Positions 53,572 through 63,834 are shown, numbered from the stretch's first letter. The stretch: DNA of 64,000 bases from Planctomycetota bacterium (GCA_041398705.1 JAWKUI010000009.1:111372-175371), one strand, 5' to 3'. Notes: generated by a model from the sequence alone, not told the origin. A program made the numbers and translations.

Positions 53572-55986
53572 ATGTCCGACTCCCTGCAAGCACGCCTGCG
53601 CGTGGCCCCCGAAAACCTGCGCCTGCAGGTGGACCCCTCCGTCTTCCCCTTCGAGACCACCGCCGACATCGAGCCCCAGCTCGGGGTCGACTTCCAGGAT
53701 GACGCAATCGAGGCCCTGACCTTCGGCTTGCAAGTGCATGCCCCCGGCCAGAACGTCTACGTGCGCGGCCTCTCGGGCACCGGCCGCCTGGAATTGGTGC
53801 GGCGCATCATCGGCCAGATCCAGCCCCTTTGCCCCATCGCCAAGGACCGCTGCTACGTCTTCAACTTCGAGCAGCCCGACCGCCCGCGCCTCGTGAGCCT
53901 GCAACGGGGCAAGGGCCGCGCCTTCGCCCGCCGGGTCGAACAGCTCTCCCAGTACATCCAGAAGGAACTCGTGCCGGCCCTATCCTCGGACGAGATCCGG
54001 GCCCGCGCCAAAGCCCTCGAGGGCGAACTGCGCAAGAAGATCGACAGTGCCTCCTTCGAAGCCGAACTCGAAGGCGCCGGGCTCGCGATGGTGCCGATCC
54101 GCAATGGCGAGGAGGTCGGCACCGCCATCGTGCCCCTGTTCGAGGGCAAACCGGTTCCGCCCGAGGCCTACGAGAACCTACGCAAAGAGGGCAAGGTCAG
54201 CGAGGAGGAGGCGAATCGCCTGCGCGAGGCATTGGCCGGTTTCCGCGAACGGTTCAACAAGTTCAACCAAGACGCCGCGCGCCACCAGGCGGATCACCAG
54301 GAGCGCATGCGCGCCCTGTTCGAAGGCGAAGCCCGCCGGCTGGTGCACTCGCAACTCCTGGCCATCGGCAAGGATTTCCAGGGCAAGGACGTCGTGCGCT
54401 TCTTGAACGACATCCTCGAGGACGTGATCAACAGCCTGCAGGGCCTCGGCGCCGGCGAAGTCGACTTCACCCAGCGCTACCGGGTCAACGTGCTCGTCTG
54501 CCACGACCACGAAGGCTGCCCCGTGGTCGTCGAGAACACCCCCACCCTGCGCAACCTGCTCGGCAACATCGACCGCGCCGTGTTGCCCGGCGGCCACGTC
54601 GTTTCGGACCACATGATGATCCAAGGCGGCTCGCTGCTGCGCGCCGAAGGCGGCTTCCTGATCCTGAACGTGCAGGACCTGCTGTCCGAGCCGGGAGCCT
54701 GGAAAATGCTCGTGCGCACCCTGCGCACCGGCATGCTCGAGATCGTGCCCCACGACCTCGGCATCCTCGGCGGCGGCGCGATCCTGTCCCCCGAACCGAT
54801 CGACCTCAACGTCAAGGTGGTCCTGATCGGCGATGCGCGGCTGTACTACCTGCTCGACGGCGGAGACCCCGATTTCGGCGACCTGTTCAAGGTTCTGGTC
54901 GACTTCGACCCCGAACTCGAACTGCGTCAGGAAACGCTCGAGTACTACGCCGGCGTGCTCGCCGGCCTCACCGCCCGCGAGAACCTGCCGCCCTTCACCC
55001 GCGACGGCGTTGCGGCCCTGTGCGAACATGGCGCGCGCATCGCGGGGCGCAACGATCGCCTGACCACGAAGTTCGCGCGCCTGAACGACCTGGCGCGCGA
55101 GGCGGCGTACATCAACCAGCACAAGGACCTGAAACACCCGGCCACCACCGGGGATCACGTGCGTCAGGCGATCGAGAATACCCGCCGCCGGGCGGGGCGC
55201 CCCTCGCGCCAGTTCCGCGAGAACATCGCCAGCCGCACGGTGCGCATCGACACCCAAGGCAGCGCGGTCGGCCAGGTGAACGGCCTCGCCGTCATGGGCG
55301 CCGGCCCGCTCACCTTCGGATTCCCCGCCCGCATCACCGCCAGCGTCGGCCCCGGCAGCCGCGGCATGGTCGACATCGAACGCGAATCGGCCCTCTCCGG
55401 CTCGATCCACACCAAAGGCTTCCACATCCTCGAGGGCATGCTGCGGCACTTCTTCCGCACGCGCCATCCCCTGGCGTTCACCGCCTCGATCGCCTTCGAG
55501 CAGAGTTACGGCGGAGTCGACGGCGACAGCGCTTCGGGGGCCGAAGCCTGCTGCACCCTATCGGCCCTCACCGGCATCCCGCTGCGCCAGAACCTCGCCA
55601 TGACCGGCGCCATCGACCAGTTCGGCAACATCCAGCCGATCGGCGGGGCGTCCGAGAAGATTGAAGGGTTCTTCTACGCCTGCGAGGACCTCGGGCTGAC
55701 CGGCGATCAAGGCGTGATCCTGCCCGCCGCCAACCTGCGCAACCTGGTGCTGCGCCGTGAAGTGGTCGAAGCCTGCCGCCAGGGCCGCTTCCACGTGTAC
55801 GCGGTCGATCACATTTCCGAAGCCCTCGAACTCTTCACCGGCGTGCCCGCAGGCACCGCCGACGACGAAGGCCAGTACCCGGACGGCACCCTGTTCGCCA
55901 AGGCGATGGACATGCTGCACGAGTACTGGTACCGCTCGCGGGGACTGCGCCGGGAGAACGGCGGCGACACCCCGCCCGAGGCCTGA
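53572..55986 (+). CDS. Lon-like protease (AAA_32/LonC/YcbZ-type) with S16 protease domain
   Basis: P-loop-like 'VRGLSGTGRLELV' has Arg where the Walker A Lys is expected. A long helical insertion follows. C-terminal Lon S16 domain 'GVDGDSASGAEACCTLSALTGIPLRQNLAMTGAIDQFGNIQPIGGASEKIEGFF' carries the Ser/Lys dyad context. ATG 53572. Confidence 0.8.
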   Translation: MSDSLQARLRVAPENLRLQVDPSVFPFETTADIEPQLGVDFQDDAIEALTFGLQVHAPGQNVYVRGLSGTGRLELVRRIIGQIQPLCPIAKDRCYVFNFEQPDRPRLVSLQRGKGRAFARRVEQLSQYIQKELVPALSSDEIRARAKALEGELRKKIDSASFEAELEGAGLAMVPIRNGEEVGTAIVPLFEGKPVPPEAYENLRKEGKVSEEEANRLREALAGFRERFNKFNQDAARHQADHQERMRALFEGEARRLVHSQLLAIGKDFQGKDVVRFLNDILEDVINSLQGLGAGEVDFTQRYRVNVLVCHDHEGCPVVVENTPTLRNLLGNIDRAVLPGGHVVSDHMMIQGGSLLRAEGGFLILNVQDLLSEPGAWKMLVRTLRTGMLEIVPHDLGILGGGAILSPEPIDLNVKVVLIGDARLYYLLDGGDPDFGDLFKVLVDFDPELELRQETLEYYAGVLAGLTARENLPPFTRDGVAALCEHGARIAGRNDRLTTKFARLNDLAREAAYINQHKDLKHPATTGDHVRQAIENTRRRAGRPSRQFRENIASRTVRIDTQGSAVGQVNGLAVMGAGPLTFGFPARITASVGPGSRGMVDIERESALSGSIHTKGFHILEGMLRHFFRTRHPLAFTASIAFEQSYGGVDGDSASGAEACCTLSALTGIPLRQNLAMTGAIDQFGNIQPIGGASEKIEGFFYACEDLGLTGDQGVILPAANLRNLVLRREVVEACRQGRFHVYAVDHISEALELFTGVPAGTADDEGQYPDGTLFAKAMDMLHEYWYRSRGLRRENGGDTPPEA

Positions 55987-56055
55987 TCGCCCAGCCGCCC
56001 AGCCCCGTCCACCGGGAGCAGATGCGACATCCATGAAGGGCCTTCGAGCCCGCTG

Positions 56056-56109
56056 CGCGCCCGCGGCCCCCCGGAAAACCCCCTCCGGAGTGCCGCGGGC
56101 GCGATTTTC
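56056..56109 (+). terminator. possible terminator downstream of the Lon-like gene
   Basis: cgcgcccgcggc ... gccgcgggcgcg, a 12-bp stem around a 24-nt loop that has its own ccgga/tccgg stem, followed by aTTTTc. Confidence 0.4.
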
Positions 56110-56219
56110 AGGCCCAAATCCGCCCCTTTGGGCGCTTCGGGCTACGGTGCAGGGGGAAGCGGCTCAGGCACATCGGAGCAGGCATCCGATGGAAAACGGG
56201 TCTGCCCAACCCTGTTGCC

Positions 56220-58904
56220 ATGATCGAACGCCAATCTGCCCTGATCCTGTGGTTCTCTGAAGTCGGCAAGCACGACGCCGACCTGGTCGGAGGCAAGGGA
56301 GCCTCCCTCGGAGAGCTCTACCGCGAGCTGGTGCCCCAAGGGGTGCGTGTGCCCAACGGCTTCACCACCACTGCCCACGCCTACCGCCTGTTCCTCGACG
56401 CGCCCGTGCCCCCGGGCAGCTGGTCCCACGTGATCGAACCCGACGGCATGTCCGAGGTGCGCCGCGCGGCCCTGCGCGAGGGCACCCTGGCCGCCGCCCT
56501 GCGCGCCTGTTCAAAGGGCGCCAACGCCAGCGACCACCTCGAGATGCACGCGCGCACGCAGCTGGTGCGCGACCTGATCGTGAACACGCCGGTGCCCGGC
56601 CAGGTGGCCCAGGCCCTCGAACAAGGGTACGCCGCCCTGTGCGCCGAGTACGGCGGCGAAGTCGACGTGGCCGTGCGCTCCTCCGCCACCGTCGAGGACT
56701 CCGCGATGGCTTCGTTCGCGGGCCAATGCGAGTCCTACCTCAACGTGCACGGCACCGAGAGCCTGATCCTGCACTGGAAACGCTGCTGCGCTTCGCTCTT
56801 CACCGAACGCGCCGTGTCGTACCAACTCTCCAACGGCCTCGATCCCCTGCGCAGCGCACTGGCGGTGGTGGTCATGAAAATGGTGCGTTCGGACCTGGCC
56901 GCCTCGGGCGTCATGTTCACCCTCGACCCCGACTCCGGCCACCAGGGCGTGATCCACATCTCGTCTTCGTACGGCCTGGGCGAACTGGTCGTGCAGGGCA
57001 GCGTCTCCCCCGACCACTTCACCGTGTGGAAAGAAGGCCTCGCCCGCGGCCACCAGGCCGTGGTGCATCGTCACCTCGGCGCCAAGGACGTGGCGATGGT
57101 CTACGGCGGCCAGGGCGCGGCCCTGACCGAATCGATCGACGTGTCGAGCGCGCGCCGCCGCTCCTGGTCCCTCACCCGCGAGGAGATCCTCGAGCTCGCC
57201 GGCATGGGCCTCAAAATCGAAAAGCACTACGGCCAGCCGATGGACATCGAGTGGGCCAAGGACGGCCGCAGCCAGGATCTGTTCATCGTGCAGGCGCGCC
57301 CGGAGACCGTGCACTCGAACGCCGGCCCGGCCCAGATGATCCGCTACACGATGAAGGCGGGCCTGGTCGAAAAACTCAAGGCCGATGGCAAGGTGCTCGC
57401 CACCGGCGAGGCGGTCGGCACGCGCATCGGTTCGGGCCGCGTGCGCATGTACAAATCCTACGAAGAAGTCATCCTCAAGAAACGCGAGTTGCGCGGCCGC
57501 CTGCAGGCCGGCGAACGCCTTGAGGACATCCCCTTCGAAGAACGCGTGTTCGACCCCGGCGACGTGCTGGTCACTGAGATGACCACGCCCGACTGGGAAC
57601 CGATGATGAAAGACGCGTCCCTGATCGTCACCGAGAAGGGCGGCCGCACCAGCCACGCCGCGATCATCGCGCGCGAATTCGGCATTCCCGCCGTCGTGGG
57701 CTGCGAAGACGCCACGCGCAAGCTGCACCCCCTGCAGGAAGTCACCGGCACCTGCGCCGAGGGCGACAAGGCGTTCATCTTCGCCGGTATCCACCCCTTC
57801 GAGATCGAGACCCACGAGATCGACCTCTCGCAGAAACTCGAGACCAAGATCAAACTCAACGTCGGCTTCCCCACCAAGGCGCTGATCGATTCGCAGCTGC
57901 CCGTGGACGGCGTGGGCCTAGCGCGCCTCGAGTTCATCCTGACCTCCGAGGTATCGGTGCACCCGCTGGCCCTGCTCTCCTACGAGGAATTGGCGGATTT
58001 CGGGAAGAACGGCCAAATCGCCCCCGAGCTGATGCACTGGGAGGAGCAGTTGCTCGCCGCCGGCCAGGACGAGATCCGCTTCCTGGTGGGCGCCATCGAA
58101 CGCCGCACGGCGGGGTACGCCGACAAACGCCAGTTCTTCGTGGACCGCGTGATGGAAGGCGTCGGCCTGATCTGCACCGCGTTCCACCCGCGCCCCGTGC
58201 TCGTGCGTCTGTCCGACCTCAAGTCGAACGAATACCGCGAACTGCTCGGCGGCCGCATCTTCGAGCCGGTCGAAGAGAACCCGATGATCGCCTGGCGCGG
58301 CGCCTCGCGTTACGTGGATCCGATCTTCCTGCCCGCCTTCGAAATGGAGTGCGACGCCCTGCGCCTGGTGAAACGCCGCCTGGGCCTGGACAACCTGCAG
58401 CTCATGGTGCCCTTCTGCCGCACCCCCGAAGAAGGCGAAGCGGTGCGCGAACTGCTGCAGAACCGCGGCCTGGGCAGCGAGGCCGGCGTGCCCCTGTTCC
58501 TGATGATCGAGTTGCCGAGCAACGTGATCGAAGCCGGGCGCTTCATCGACTCGATGCAGCTCACGGGCGGATCGATCGGCTCGAACGACCTGGTGCAAAC
58601 GGTCTACGCCGTCTCCCGCGACGACCTGGAGGGGTACCGCCACCCCGTCGATGCCCGCTCCCCCGCGGTGCAGACGATGATCCGCGCGGCGGTGCAGACC
58701 TTCCGCGAACGGGGCATCGAAATCGGCATCTGCGGCCAAGCCCCCTCGGACTACCCCGACGAGTTCCCGCCGTTCCTCGTGGACTGCGGCATCTCCTCGA
58801 TCTCGGTGACCCCGGACACCGCGATCGCCGTGCGCCAGGCCGTGGCCCGGGCGGAGGCCGCCCGCCGCGGCGGGGTGCCCCAGGCCGATCGCCTGGGGGC
58901 CTGA
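56220..58904 (+). CDS. ppsA: phosphoenolpyruvate synthase (pyruvate, water dikinase)
   Basis: 'VGGKGASLGEL', 'PNGFTTTAHAY', phospho-His domain 'TEKGGRTSHAAIIAREFGIPAVVG', and PEP-utilising C-terminus 'GLARLEF', 'GSIGSNDLVQ', 'GICGQAPSD'. At 894 aa it is longer than the E. coli enzyme. Confidence 0.92.
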   Translation: MIERQSALILWFSEVGKHDADLVGGKGASLGELYRELVPQGVRVPNGFTTTAHAYRLFLDAPVPPGSWSHVIEPDGMSEVRRAALREGTLAAALRACSKGANASDHLEMHARTQLVRDLIVNTPVPGQVAQALEQGYAALCAEYGGEVDVAVRSSATVEDSAMASFAGQCESYLNVHGTESLILHWKRCCASLFTERAVSYQLSNGLDPLRSALAVVVMKMVRSDLAASGVMFTLDPDSGHQGVIHISSSYGLGELVVQGSVSPDHFTVWKEGLARGHQAVVHRHLGAKDVAMVYGGQGAALTESIDVSSARRRSWSLTREEILELAGMGLKIEKHYGQPMDIEWAKDGRSQDLFIVQARPETVHSNAGPAQMIRYTMKAGLVEKLKADGKVLATGEAVGTRIGSGRVRMYKSYEEVILKKRELRGRLQAGERLEDIPFEERVFDPGDVLVTEMTTPDWEPMMKDASLIVTEKGGRTSHAAIIAREFGIPAVVGCEDATRKLHPLQEVTGTCAEGDKAFIFAGIHPFEIETHEIDLSQKLETKIKLNVGFPTKALIDSQLPVDGVGLARLEFILTSEVSVHPLALLSYEELADFGKNGQIAPELMHWEEQLLAAGQDEIRFLVGAIERRTAGYADKRQFFVDRVMEGVGLICTAFHPRPVLVRLSDLKSNEYRELLGGRIFEPVEENPMIAWRGASRYVDPIFLPAFEMECDALRLVKRRLGLDNLQLMVPFCRTPEEGEAVRELLQNRGLGSEAGVPLFLMIELPSNVIEAGRFIDSMQLTGGSIGSNDLVQTVYAVSRDDLEGYRHPVDARSPAVQTMIRAAVQTFRERGIEIGICGQAPSDYPDEFPPFLVDCGISSISVTPDTAIAVRQAVARAEAARRGGVPQADRLGA

Positions 58905-58930
58905 GCCCCGCGCTCGCCCGCGCCAAACAC

Positions 58931-58968
58931 AAGGCGGCCCCGGCACGTTTCCGTGCCGGGGCCGCCTT
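58931..58968. terminator. hairpin between convergent ppsA and the thioredoxin-like gene (probable bidirectional terminator)
   Basis: aaggcggccccggcacg-tttc-cgtgccggggccgcctt, a 17-bp perfect stem. It is followed by tgtct on the plus strand and gtgtttgg on the minus strand, so both T-tracts are weak. Confidence 0.6.
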
Positions 58969-58988
58969 TGTCTATCTCGAAGCGGAGA

Positions 58989-60062
58989 TCAGCGACCGTC
59001 TTCGGCTTCTTCGACCTCTTCGCCGGCTTCGTCCTCGTCGGTGCCGAGGATCTGGCGCAGCAGATCACCGAAGGTCTCATCGGCGTAACCACCCAGTTCC
59101 ACGGCCTTCTCGGCGTACTTGGAGGCCAGCTCGTCGTCTTGCTTGTGACGCCAGGCGAAGAATCCGGCGATCGAGTAGACCTTCACGCCGGTGGCCTTGT
59201 CGTGCACCTTGCCGACCTTGTCGAAAGCATCGACGGCCTCGAGGCTGGACAGCATGGTCTCTTCGCTGTTGACGTTCTCGAGGCGACCCACCAGGGCGCG
59301 CTCGTACAGTCCGGAGGCGTTGGCCGGGTCAGCGGTCACGGCGGCGGCGAAGTAGTTCTCCTTGTACAGGCCAGCTTCGAAGAGCGCGGTGAGGGCGGTG
59401 GTGAGCAGGCCCTTCTCGTTCTTCGGATCCAGGGTCAGACCCTCTTCGACGATCGGCACGATGCGACGGGCGCCCGGCATCTGACCGCCGTTCTTCTTCA
59501 GCATCTCCGCGCCACGGTTCCACAGGGCCAGGCGGGCTTCGCCTTCGGCGGCCTTGTACTCGGTTTCGAACTTCAGCACGGCCTCGAGCAGGGGCAGGCC
59601 TTCCTTCTTCAGCTCAGCCATGTGGGTCAGGTAGGCCTCGGGGCCCCCTTCCTGGTAGCCGGTCTGACCGAAGACGTCGCCGTCCGGGGTCATCAGAAGG
59701 ATGGTCGGGAAACCCTGGATGCCGTACATGTCGGACAGCTCCGCGTTGCGCTTCGGGTTCGGGACCTTGGCTTTGATCTCCTCGTCGCGCGGGAAGTCCA
59801 GGGCCACGAGCACATACTCCTTGGTGGCGGCCGTCTCCCAGCTTTCGTGCGCGAAGACTTCCTTGTGGAGGCGCTTGCACCAGCCGCACCAGTCGGAGCC
59901 GGTGAAGTCGACCAGCAGGTTCTTGCCTTCGGCCTTGGCGACCGCAACGGCCTTGTCGAAGTCGGCCATCCAGACTCCCTCATCCACGACGGGGGAGGCG
60001 ATGGCAGTGGAGGACACCAGGGCCGTCAGGCCGAGGGTCATGGAGAGAGCGAATCGTTTCAT
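58989..60062 (-). CDS. secreted thioredoxin-fold protein (CGWC) with C-terminal helical domain and acidic tail
   Basis: Signal peptide MKRFALSMTLGLTALVSSTAIA. 'KNLLVDFTGSDWCGWCKRLHKEVF' and 'GIQGFPTILLMTPDG' give a thioredoxin-like fold with cis-Pro. C-terminal 'DEDEAGEEVEEAEDGR'. Confidence 0.75.
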   Translation of the reverse strand: MKRFALSMTLGLTALVSSTAIASPVVDEGVWMADFDKAVAVAKAEGKNLLVDFTGSDWCGWCKRLHKEVFAHESWETAATKEYVLVALDFPRDEEIKAKVPNPKRNAELSDMYGIQGFPTILLMTPDGDVFGQTGYQEGGPEAYLTHMAELKKEGLPLLEAVLKFETEYKAAEGEARLALWNRGAEMLKKNGGQMPGARRIVPIVEEGLTLDPKNEKGLLTTALTALFEAGLYKENYFAAAVTADPANASGLYERALVGRLENVNSEETMLSSLEAVDAFDKVGKVHDKATGVKVYSIAGFFAWRHKQDDELASKYAEKAVELGGYADETFGDLLRQILGTDEDEAGEEVEEAEDGR

Positions 60063-60300
60063 GGGAGTGGATACGCCGGAAGCGCGGGGCTGGGACCTGG
60101 GACGTCCAGATTCCTGGGGAGCCGGGTGCCTCTTGGGCGGGAAGGATTGTAGCCGCGGCCCCGGCCGGCTTCGCCGGTGACAAGACCGATAATCCCGCCC
60201 TTCCCAGGCCGAACGGGCCCCGGGATGCGCGGGTCTGGCAACAACCTAGGCCTGGGTTTGCCGGCGGTTTGGAAAAGCGCGGCTTTCCTACGGAAGATTT

Positions 60301-62607
60301 TCATTGGGGCCCGGTCAGGGCCTCGAATTCCGGCATTCCGCGCAGCGAAATCAGGTCGGGATCGGCGCGCGCCCATTCGGCCTGTCGGGCCCGGGCCGCC
60401 GGTTCCTTCTGATTCTCCTCCATCTCCAGGCGCAACCACGCCAGGGCCTGCTCGGTCTCACCGAGCAGCGCATGCGTGCACGCCAGGTTGTAGTACAAGG
60501 ACGGCGCGGGGGTGACGCTCGCGAGCAAGGCCCGCGCCTCCTGCACCCGTCCCCCACGCGCCCGGTAACACGCGAGCAATACCCGCATGAACTCGTCCTG
60601 CTTGAGCGCATACGCGCGCTCATAGAACGCGAGCGCGGCTTCGGGTTGCGACAGGCGCACGTTGGAATTCACCGCCAGGCTGACGAGCGCCTGGGCGAGC
60701 AGGTCCACGTACGGTGCTTGCCCCGCCTCGTCCACCCCCACCTCACGCAGGCGGTCGACAATGCTCTGCAACCGTTCGGTGGCCGCCAGCAGGATGCGCT
60801 CCGCCTCCTTAGGCCGATCGCTGTCGCTCAGGTTGGCGCCGAGCTCCATGTCGGCGCGCGCCAACCGCTCCTGGCCGAGGTAGTACCAGCTATTACCGAT
60901 CCCCCCGTCCTCCAAGTCCGCCCGGAAGCGTCGCACGAGATCTTCCCCCGCCTGCCGCTGCCCGGCCGAGCGCAGGCTGCGCGCAAGCCGCAAGCCATGC
61001 CCGCCCGACACACGCACATCGAGCAACGTTCCCTTGCGACCGTCGGGGAATCCCTGCTCCAGGCGCATCAGCAGGATGCGGCGTTGCCGGTCGAGGCGAT
61101 TGGACTCCTCGAGGTCCGCCTCGGGCACCTGCATCAACGGCGAGGTTTGCGCATCGCCGATGCGCCGCGACAGGCGCTCGATCTCGACTTCGATCTGCTC
61201 GAGCCGCGCCAGGTGGATCTGGTCGATGCGCGCCCGCCGTTCGAGGTCGGTGAAAGGATTGCCGATGCGCGGCGGCACGTCGGGGAAGGGCTCGAAACCG
61301 GGCATCTCCCACGGGGACACGGTGGCCAACCCGCGCGCCATCCATTGCTCGAGTTCGAGCAGCTTCGGCAAGCCGAGCCCGCCCCGGAACTCGCGTCCAT
61401 GCAGCAGCAATCGGTACGGCGAGAGATCCGCCTCGAACAGCCCGTCCCAACCGCCGAGTCCACCCCCCAACCGGCGCGTGTAGAGCACCTGGGCTTCGAG
61501 GTGCGCGAGGTGCGCCTCGCGGAACCGTTCGAGCACCACGGGATCGCTGTCGGGCACCGCGCTCAGGTGGGCCGCCAGGTTGCAGCCGAGCAGCAGCATC
61601 GTGCGTTGCAGCAACAACTCCTCGGTCTGCGCCAGGACGGGCGCGGGCACCTCGGGCACCGATTCGCTCGTGTCGACCCACCCGAGCCGCGCCAACGCCG
61701 CAGCCTGATCGAGCAAACCCGCCTCGAAGGCCTTTTGCGCCGCGTCCCCACGTCCGCGCGCCACCTCCGCGAGTCCGGTGAACCAAGCGCAGCGGAAACG
61801 CCAAAGCGCCGCGGCTTGTTCGCCTTCCGCCGGCAAGCGATCGACCAAACGCCGCAGCTCCTGGGCGCGGGCCAGGGCCTGATCCCCGTCGGCCATCGGG
61901 AAAAATGCCATGCGGCAACGCTCGAAGGCGACCCAACGCCCATCGAGCCCGGCCTGGGCCATGAGCGCAAACGCTTGCTCCGTGCGCTCGGGTTGTTCGC
62001 GCTCGGTGAGCCGCAGCAGCCAGCGATCCATCGCCTCCGTGGCCGCCGCGCGCACCGGACCTTCGAGGGCGAGGGTTCCCGCGATCAACGGCCGCACATC
62101 GGCGAGTTGCAGGTCCCCCACCGGCAGGTCCCCAAGCAGGGCGCCCCAAGTGGGCAGCAGCGCGGCGAGCACCCCGGGCGGCAAGGCGGGTTCGCCGGAG
62201 GCGGCCCAGGGCACCAGGGCAGCGCGCAGCAGGGGCACGGCCTGGGGGGAGACCTGGACCTCCTTGGCGCTAGCCCGGGCGCGGGCTTCGGGGCCGGTGC
62301 GCCAGTCCTGGAGCAGCCAGACGCGGGCGTCCGGGTGGTCTTGGCGGGCCAGGAAGCGCGCCCAGGGGGTGTACCGGTCAGGATCGGGCTCCTGGGCCAG
62401 GCCCGCGATCGCCCCGGCAATGCGCGGCTCCAGGTCCTCGGTGCCGAGCTCCGGTCGACTCGCCCACTCCAGGAAGCGCACCCGCACGGCGGGGTCGCTG
62501 TCCCCGAGCCAGGCCCTGGCCTGCGCGGCGTCCGGAATCTCAGCCGTAACAACCTGCGAATAAGCCACTTGCGGAAACGCGAGCGCCAAGGCGAGCCACC
62601 CTTTCAT
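60301..62607 (-). CDS. secreted helical-repeat (HEAT/TPR-like) protein
   Basis: Signal peptide MKGWLALALAFPQVAYSQ. Alpha-helical repeat sequence throughout, with TPR-like C-terminus 'ALAFYERAYALKQDEFMRVLLACYRARGGRVQEARALL...YYNLACTHALLGETEQALAWL'. ATGA overlap with the upstream activator gene. Confidence 0.55.
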   Translation of the reverse strand: MKGWLALALAFPQVAYSQVVTAEIPDAAQARAWLGDSDPAVRVRFLEWASRPELGTEDLEPRIAGAIAGLAQEPDPDRYTPWARFLARQDHPDARVWLLQDWRTGPEARARASAKEVQVSPQAVPLLRAALVPWAASGEPALPPGVLAALLPTWGALLGDLPVGDLQLADVRPLIAGTLALEGPVRAAATEAMDRWLLRLTEREQPERTEQAFALMAQAGLDGRWVAFERCRMAFFPMADGDQALARAQELRRLVDRLPAEGEQAAALWRFRCAWFTGLAEVARGRGDAAQKAFEAGLLDQAAALARLGWVDTSESVPEVPAPVLAQTEELLLQRTMLLLGCNLAAHLSAVPDSDPVVLERFREAHLAHLEAQVLYTRRLGGGLGGWDGLFEADLSPYRLLLHGREFRGGLGLPKLLELEQWMARGLATVSPWEMPGFEPFPDVPPRIGNPFTDLERRARIDQIHLARLEQIEVEIERLSRRIGDAQTSPLMQVPEADLEESNRLDRQRRILLMRLEQGFPDGRKGTLLDVRVSGGHGLRLARSLRSAGQRQAGEDLVRRFRADLEDGGIGNSWYYLGQERLARADMELGANLSDSDRPKEAERILLAATERLQSIVDRLREVGVDEAGQAPYVDLLAQALVSLAVNSNVRLSQPEAALAFYERAYALKQDEFMRVLLACYRARGGRVQEARALLASVTPAPSLYYNLACTHALLGETEQALAWLRLEMEENQKEPAARARQAEWARADPDLISLRGMPEFEALTGPQ

Positions 62608-63623
62608 CCCTCGTCCTCCTCTTCGCCTCCAGCACCGTCCTTGCGCTGCTGCCAGCGCGCCAGCCGGTACTCGAAAGCCTTGCGCGAGAGGCCCACCGCG
62701 CGGGCTGCCGCAGAAACCCGCCCGTGGTGTTGCTGCAGGGCCTGGTCGAGCAAGGCCCCCTCCCAGGCATCGTAGCTCACCCCCTGGGCCAGGGCTTCGC
62801 GGGCCAAACCCGCCAGGTGCCCCGCCCCATCGATGGCCGCGCCAAGGAACTCGAATTCCTCCGGCCCGATCGGCCCGGAAGTCTCCGCGCCCAGCACCAA
62901 GGCCCGTTCGAGGGCGTTTTCGAGCTCGCGCACGTTACCCGGCCAGGAATACCCCGCGAGCCGCTCGAGGGCTTCCGGGGACAGCTCCCGTTCGGGGCGG
63001 GCCACCCGCGCGGCCGCCTGGCGCACCAGCGAGGGCAACCAATCCGCCGCCCCCTCGAACCGGGTCCGCAGGGCGGGCACCTCGAGCACAACCACGGCCA
63101 TGCGGTAGTACAAGTCCTCCCGGAAGCGCCCCTGGGCCACCCGCTCCTGCAGGTCGGTGCCCGCGGTGCAGATCACCCGCACATCCACCGGCAGGCTGGT
63201 TTCGCTACCGAGGGGTTCCACCACCTTCTCCTGGAGCAGGCGCAGCAGCTTCACCTGCAATCCCAAAGGGATCTCCTGCACCCCGGTCAGCACCAGCGTG
63301 CCCCCCTCCGCCCGGCGCACCGCCCCCTGGCGGGCCCGGTGGGCTCCGGTGAAGGCCCCCTGCTCGTGGCCGAACAGCAGGGATTCGATCAGGGCCTCGC
63401 TGCCCTGGGCCAGGTTCAACTCGACCAGGGGCCCCCGCGCCCGGGAGCTGAGGGCATGGCAGCGGCGGGCCAGCCACGTTTTGCCCACCCCGTGTTCCCC
63501 AGCCAGAAGCAAAGCGGCCTCGCTGCGCGCCGCCCGTTCGAGCCGTTCCTGGAAAGAGCGCCAAAGCACCCCTGCCCCGACGGGCACACCCTCACCCGAC
63601 CGGGAGGTACCGGAAACCTTCAT
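62604..63623 (-). CDS. sigma-54-dependent transcriptional activator (AAA+ plus Fis-type HTH, no N-terminal sensor domain)
   Basis: Walker A 'GEHGVGKT', 'GAFTGA' loop (HEQGAFTGAH), 'FREDLYYRM', 'WPGNVRELEN', C-terminal HTH 'AARAVGLSRKAFEYRLARW'. Only about 25 residues precede the AAA+ core. Confidence 0.85.
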   Translation of the reverse strand: MKVSGTSRSGEGVPVGAGVLWRSFQERLERAARSEAALLLAGEHGVGKTWLARRCHALSSRARGPLVELNLAQGSEALIESLLFGHEQGAFTGAHRARQGAVRRAEGGTLVLTGVQEIPLGLQVKLLRLLQEKVVEPLGSETSLPVDVRVICTAGTDLQERVAQGRFREDLYYRMAVVVLEVPALRTRFEGAADWLPSLVRQAAARVARPERELSPEALERLAGYSWPGNVRELENALERALVLGAETSGPIGPEEFEFLGAAIDGAGHLAGLAREALAQGVSYDAWEGALLDQALQQHHGRVSAAARAVGLSRKAFEYRLARWQQRKDGAGGEEEDEG

Positions 63624-63834
63624 TGCACCCCCTGCGGCGGTTGACTAGCGGGGCTATATGGCTCAAACTGCTGGCTCATCTTCCCTCTTGTCTGTCTCGA
63701 TCCGGGCATCCCCCGGCGGGTCGGCCCAAGACGGAGATGAAAACACCACCGACTCGGGTTGGCTCCCGTCGAGGAGTGGGGTCTCCGCTTCCCGGCTCTG
63801 TCGCGAAGCGATTGTCCGCTTCCCGTCACTGTCG

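Noticed and set aside
63641-63660. TTGACT ... TATATG, a promoter-like hexamer pair.
   Set aside because: The spacing is only 8 nt rather than about 17 nt, so it cannot be a standard sigma-70 -35/-10 pair.
63648-63720. tRNA-like opening 'gcggggctatatggctcaaactg' upstream of nusA (a metY-like position).
   Set aside because: No complementary 3' acceptor strand (gccccgc) and no T-loop (GTTCRA-like) sequence follow, so a cloverleaf cannot be drawn.
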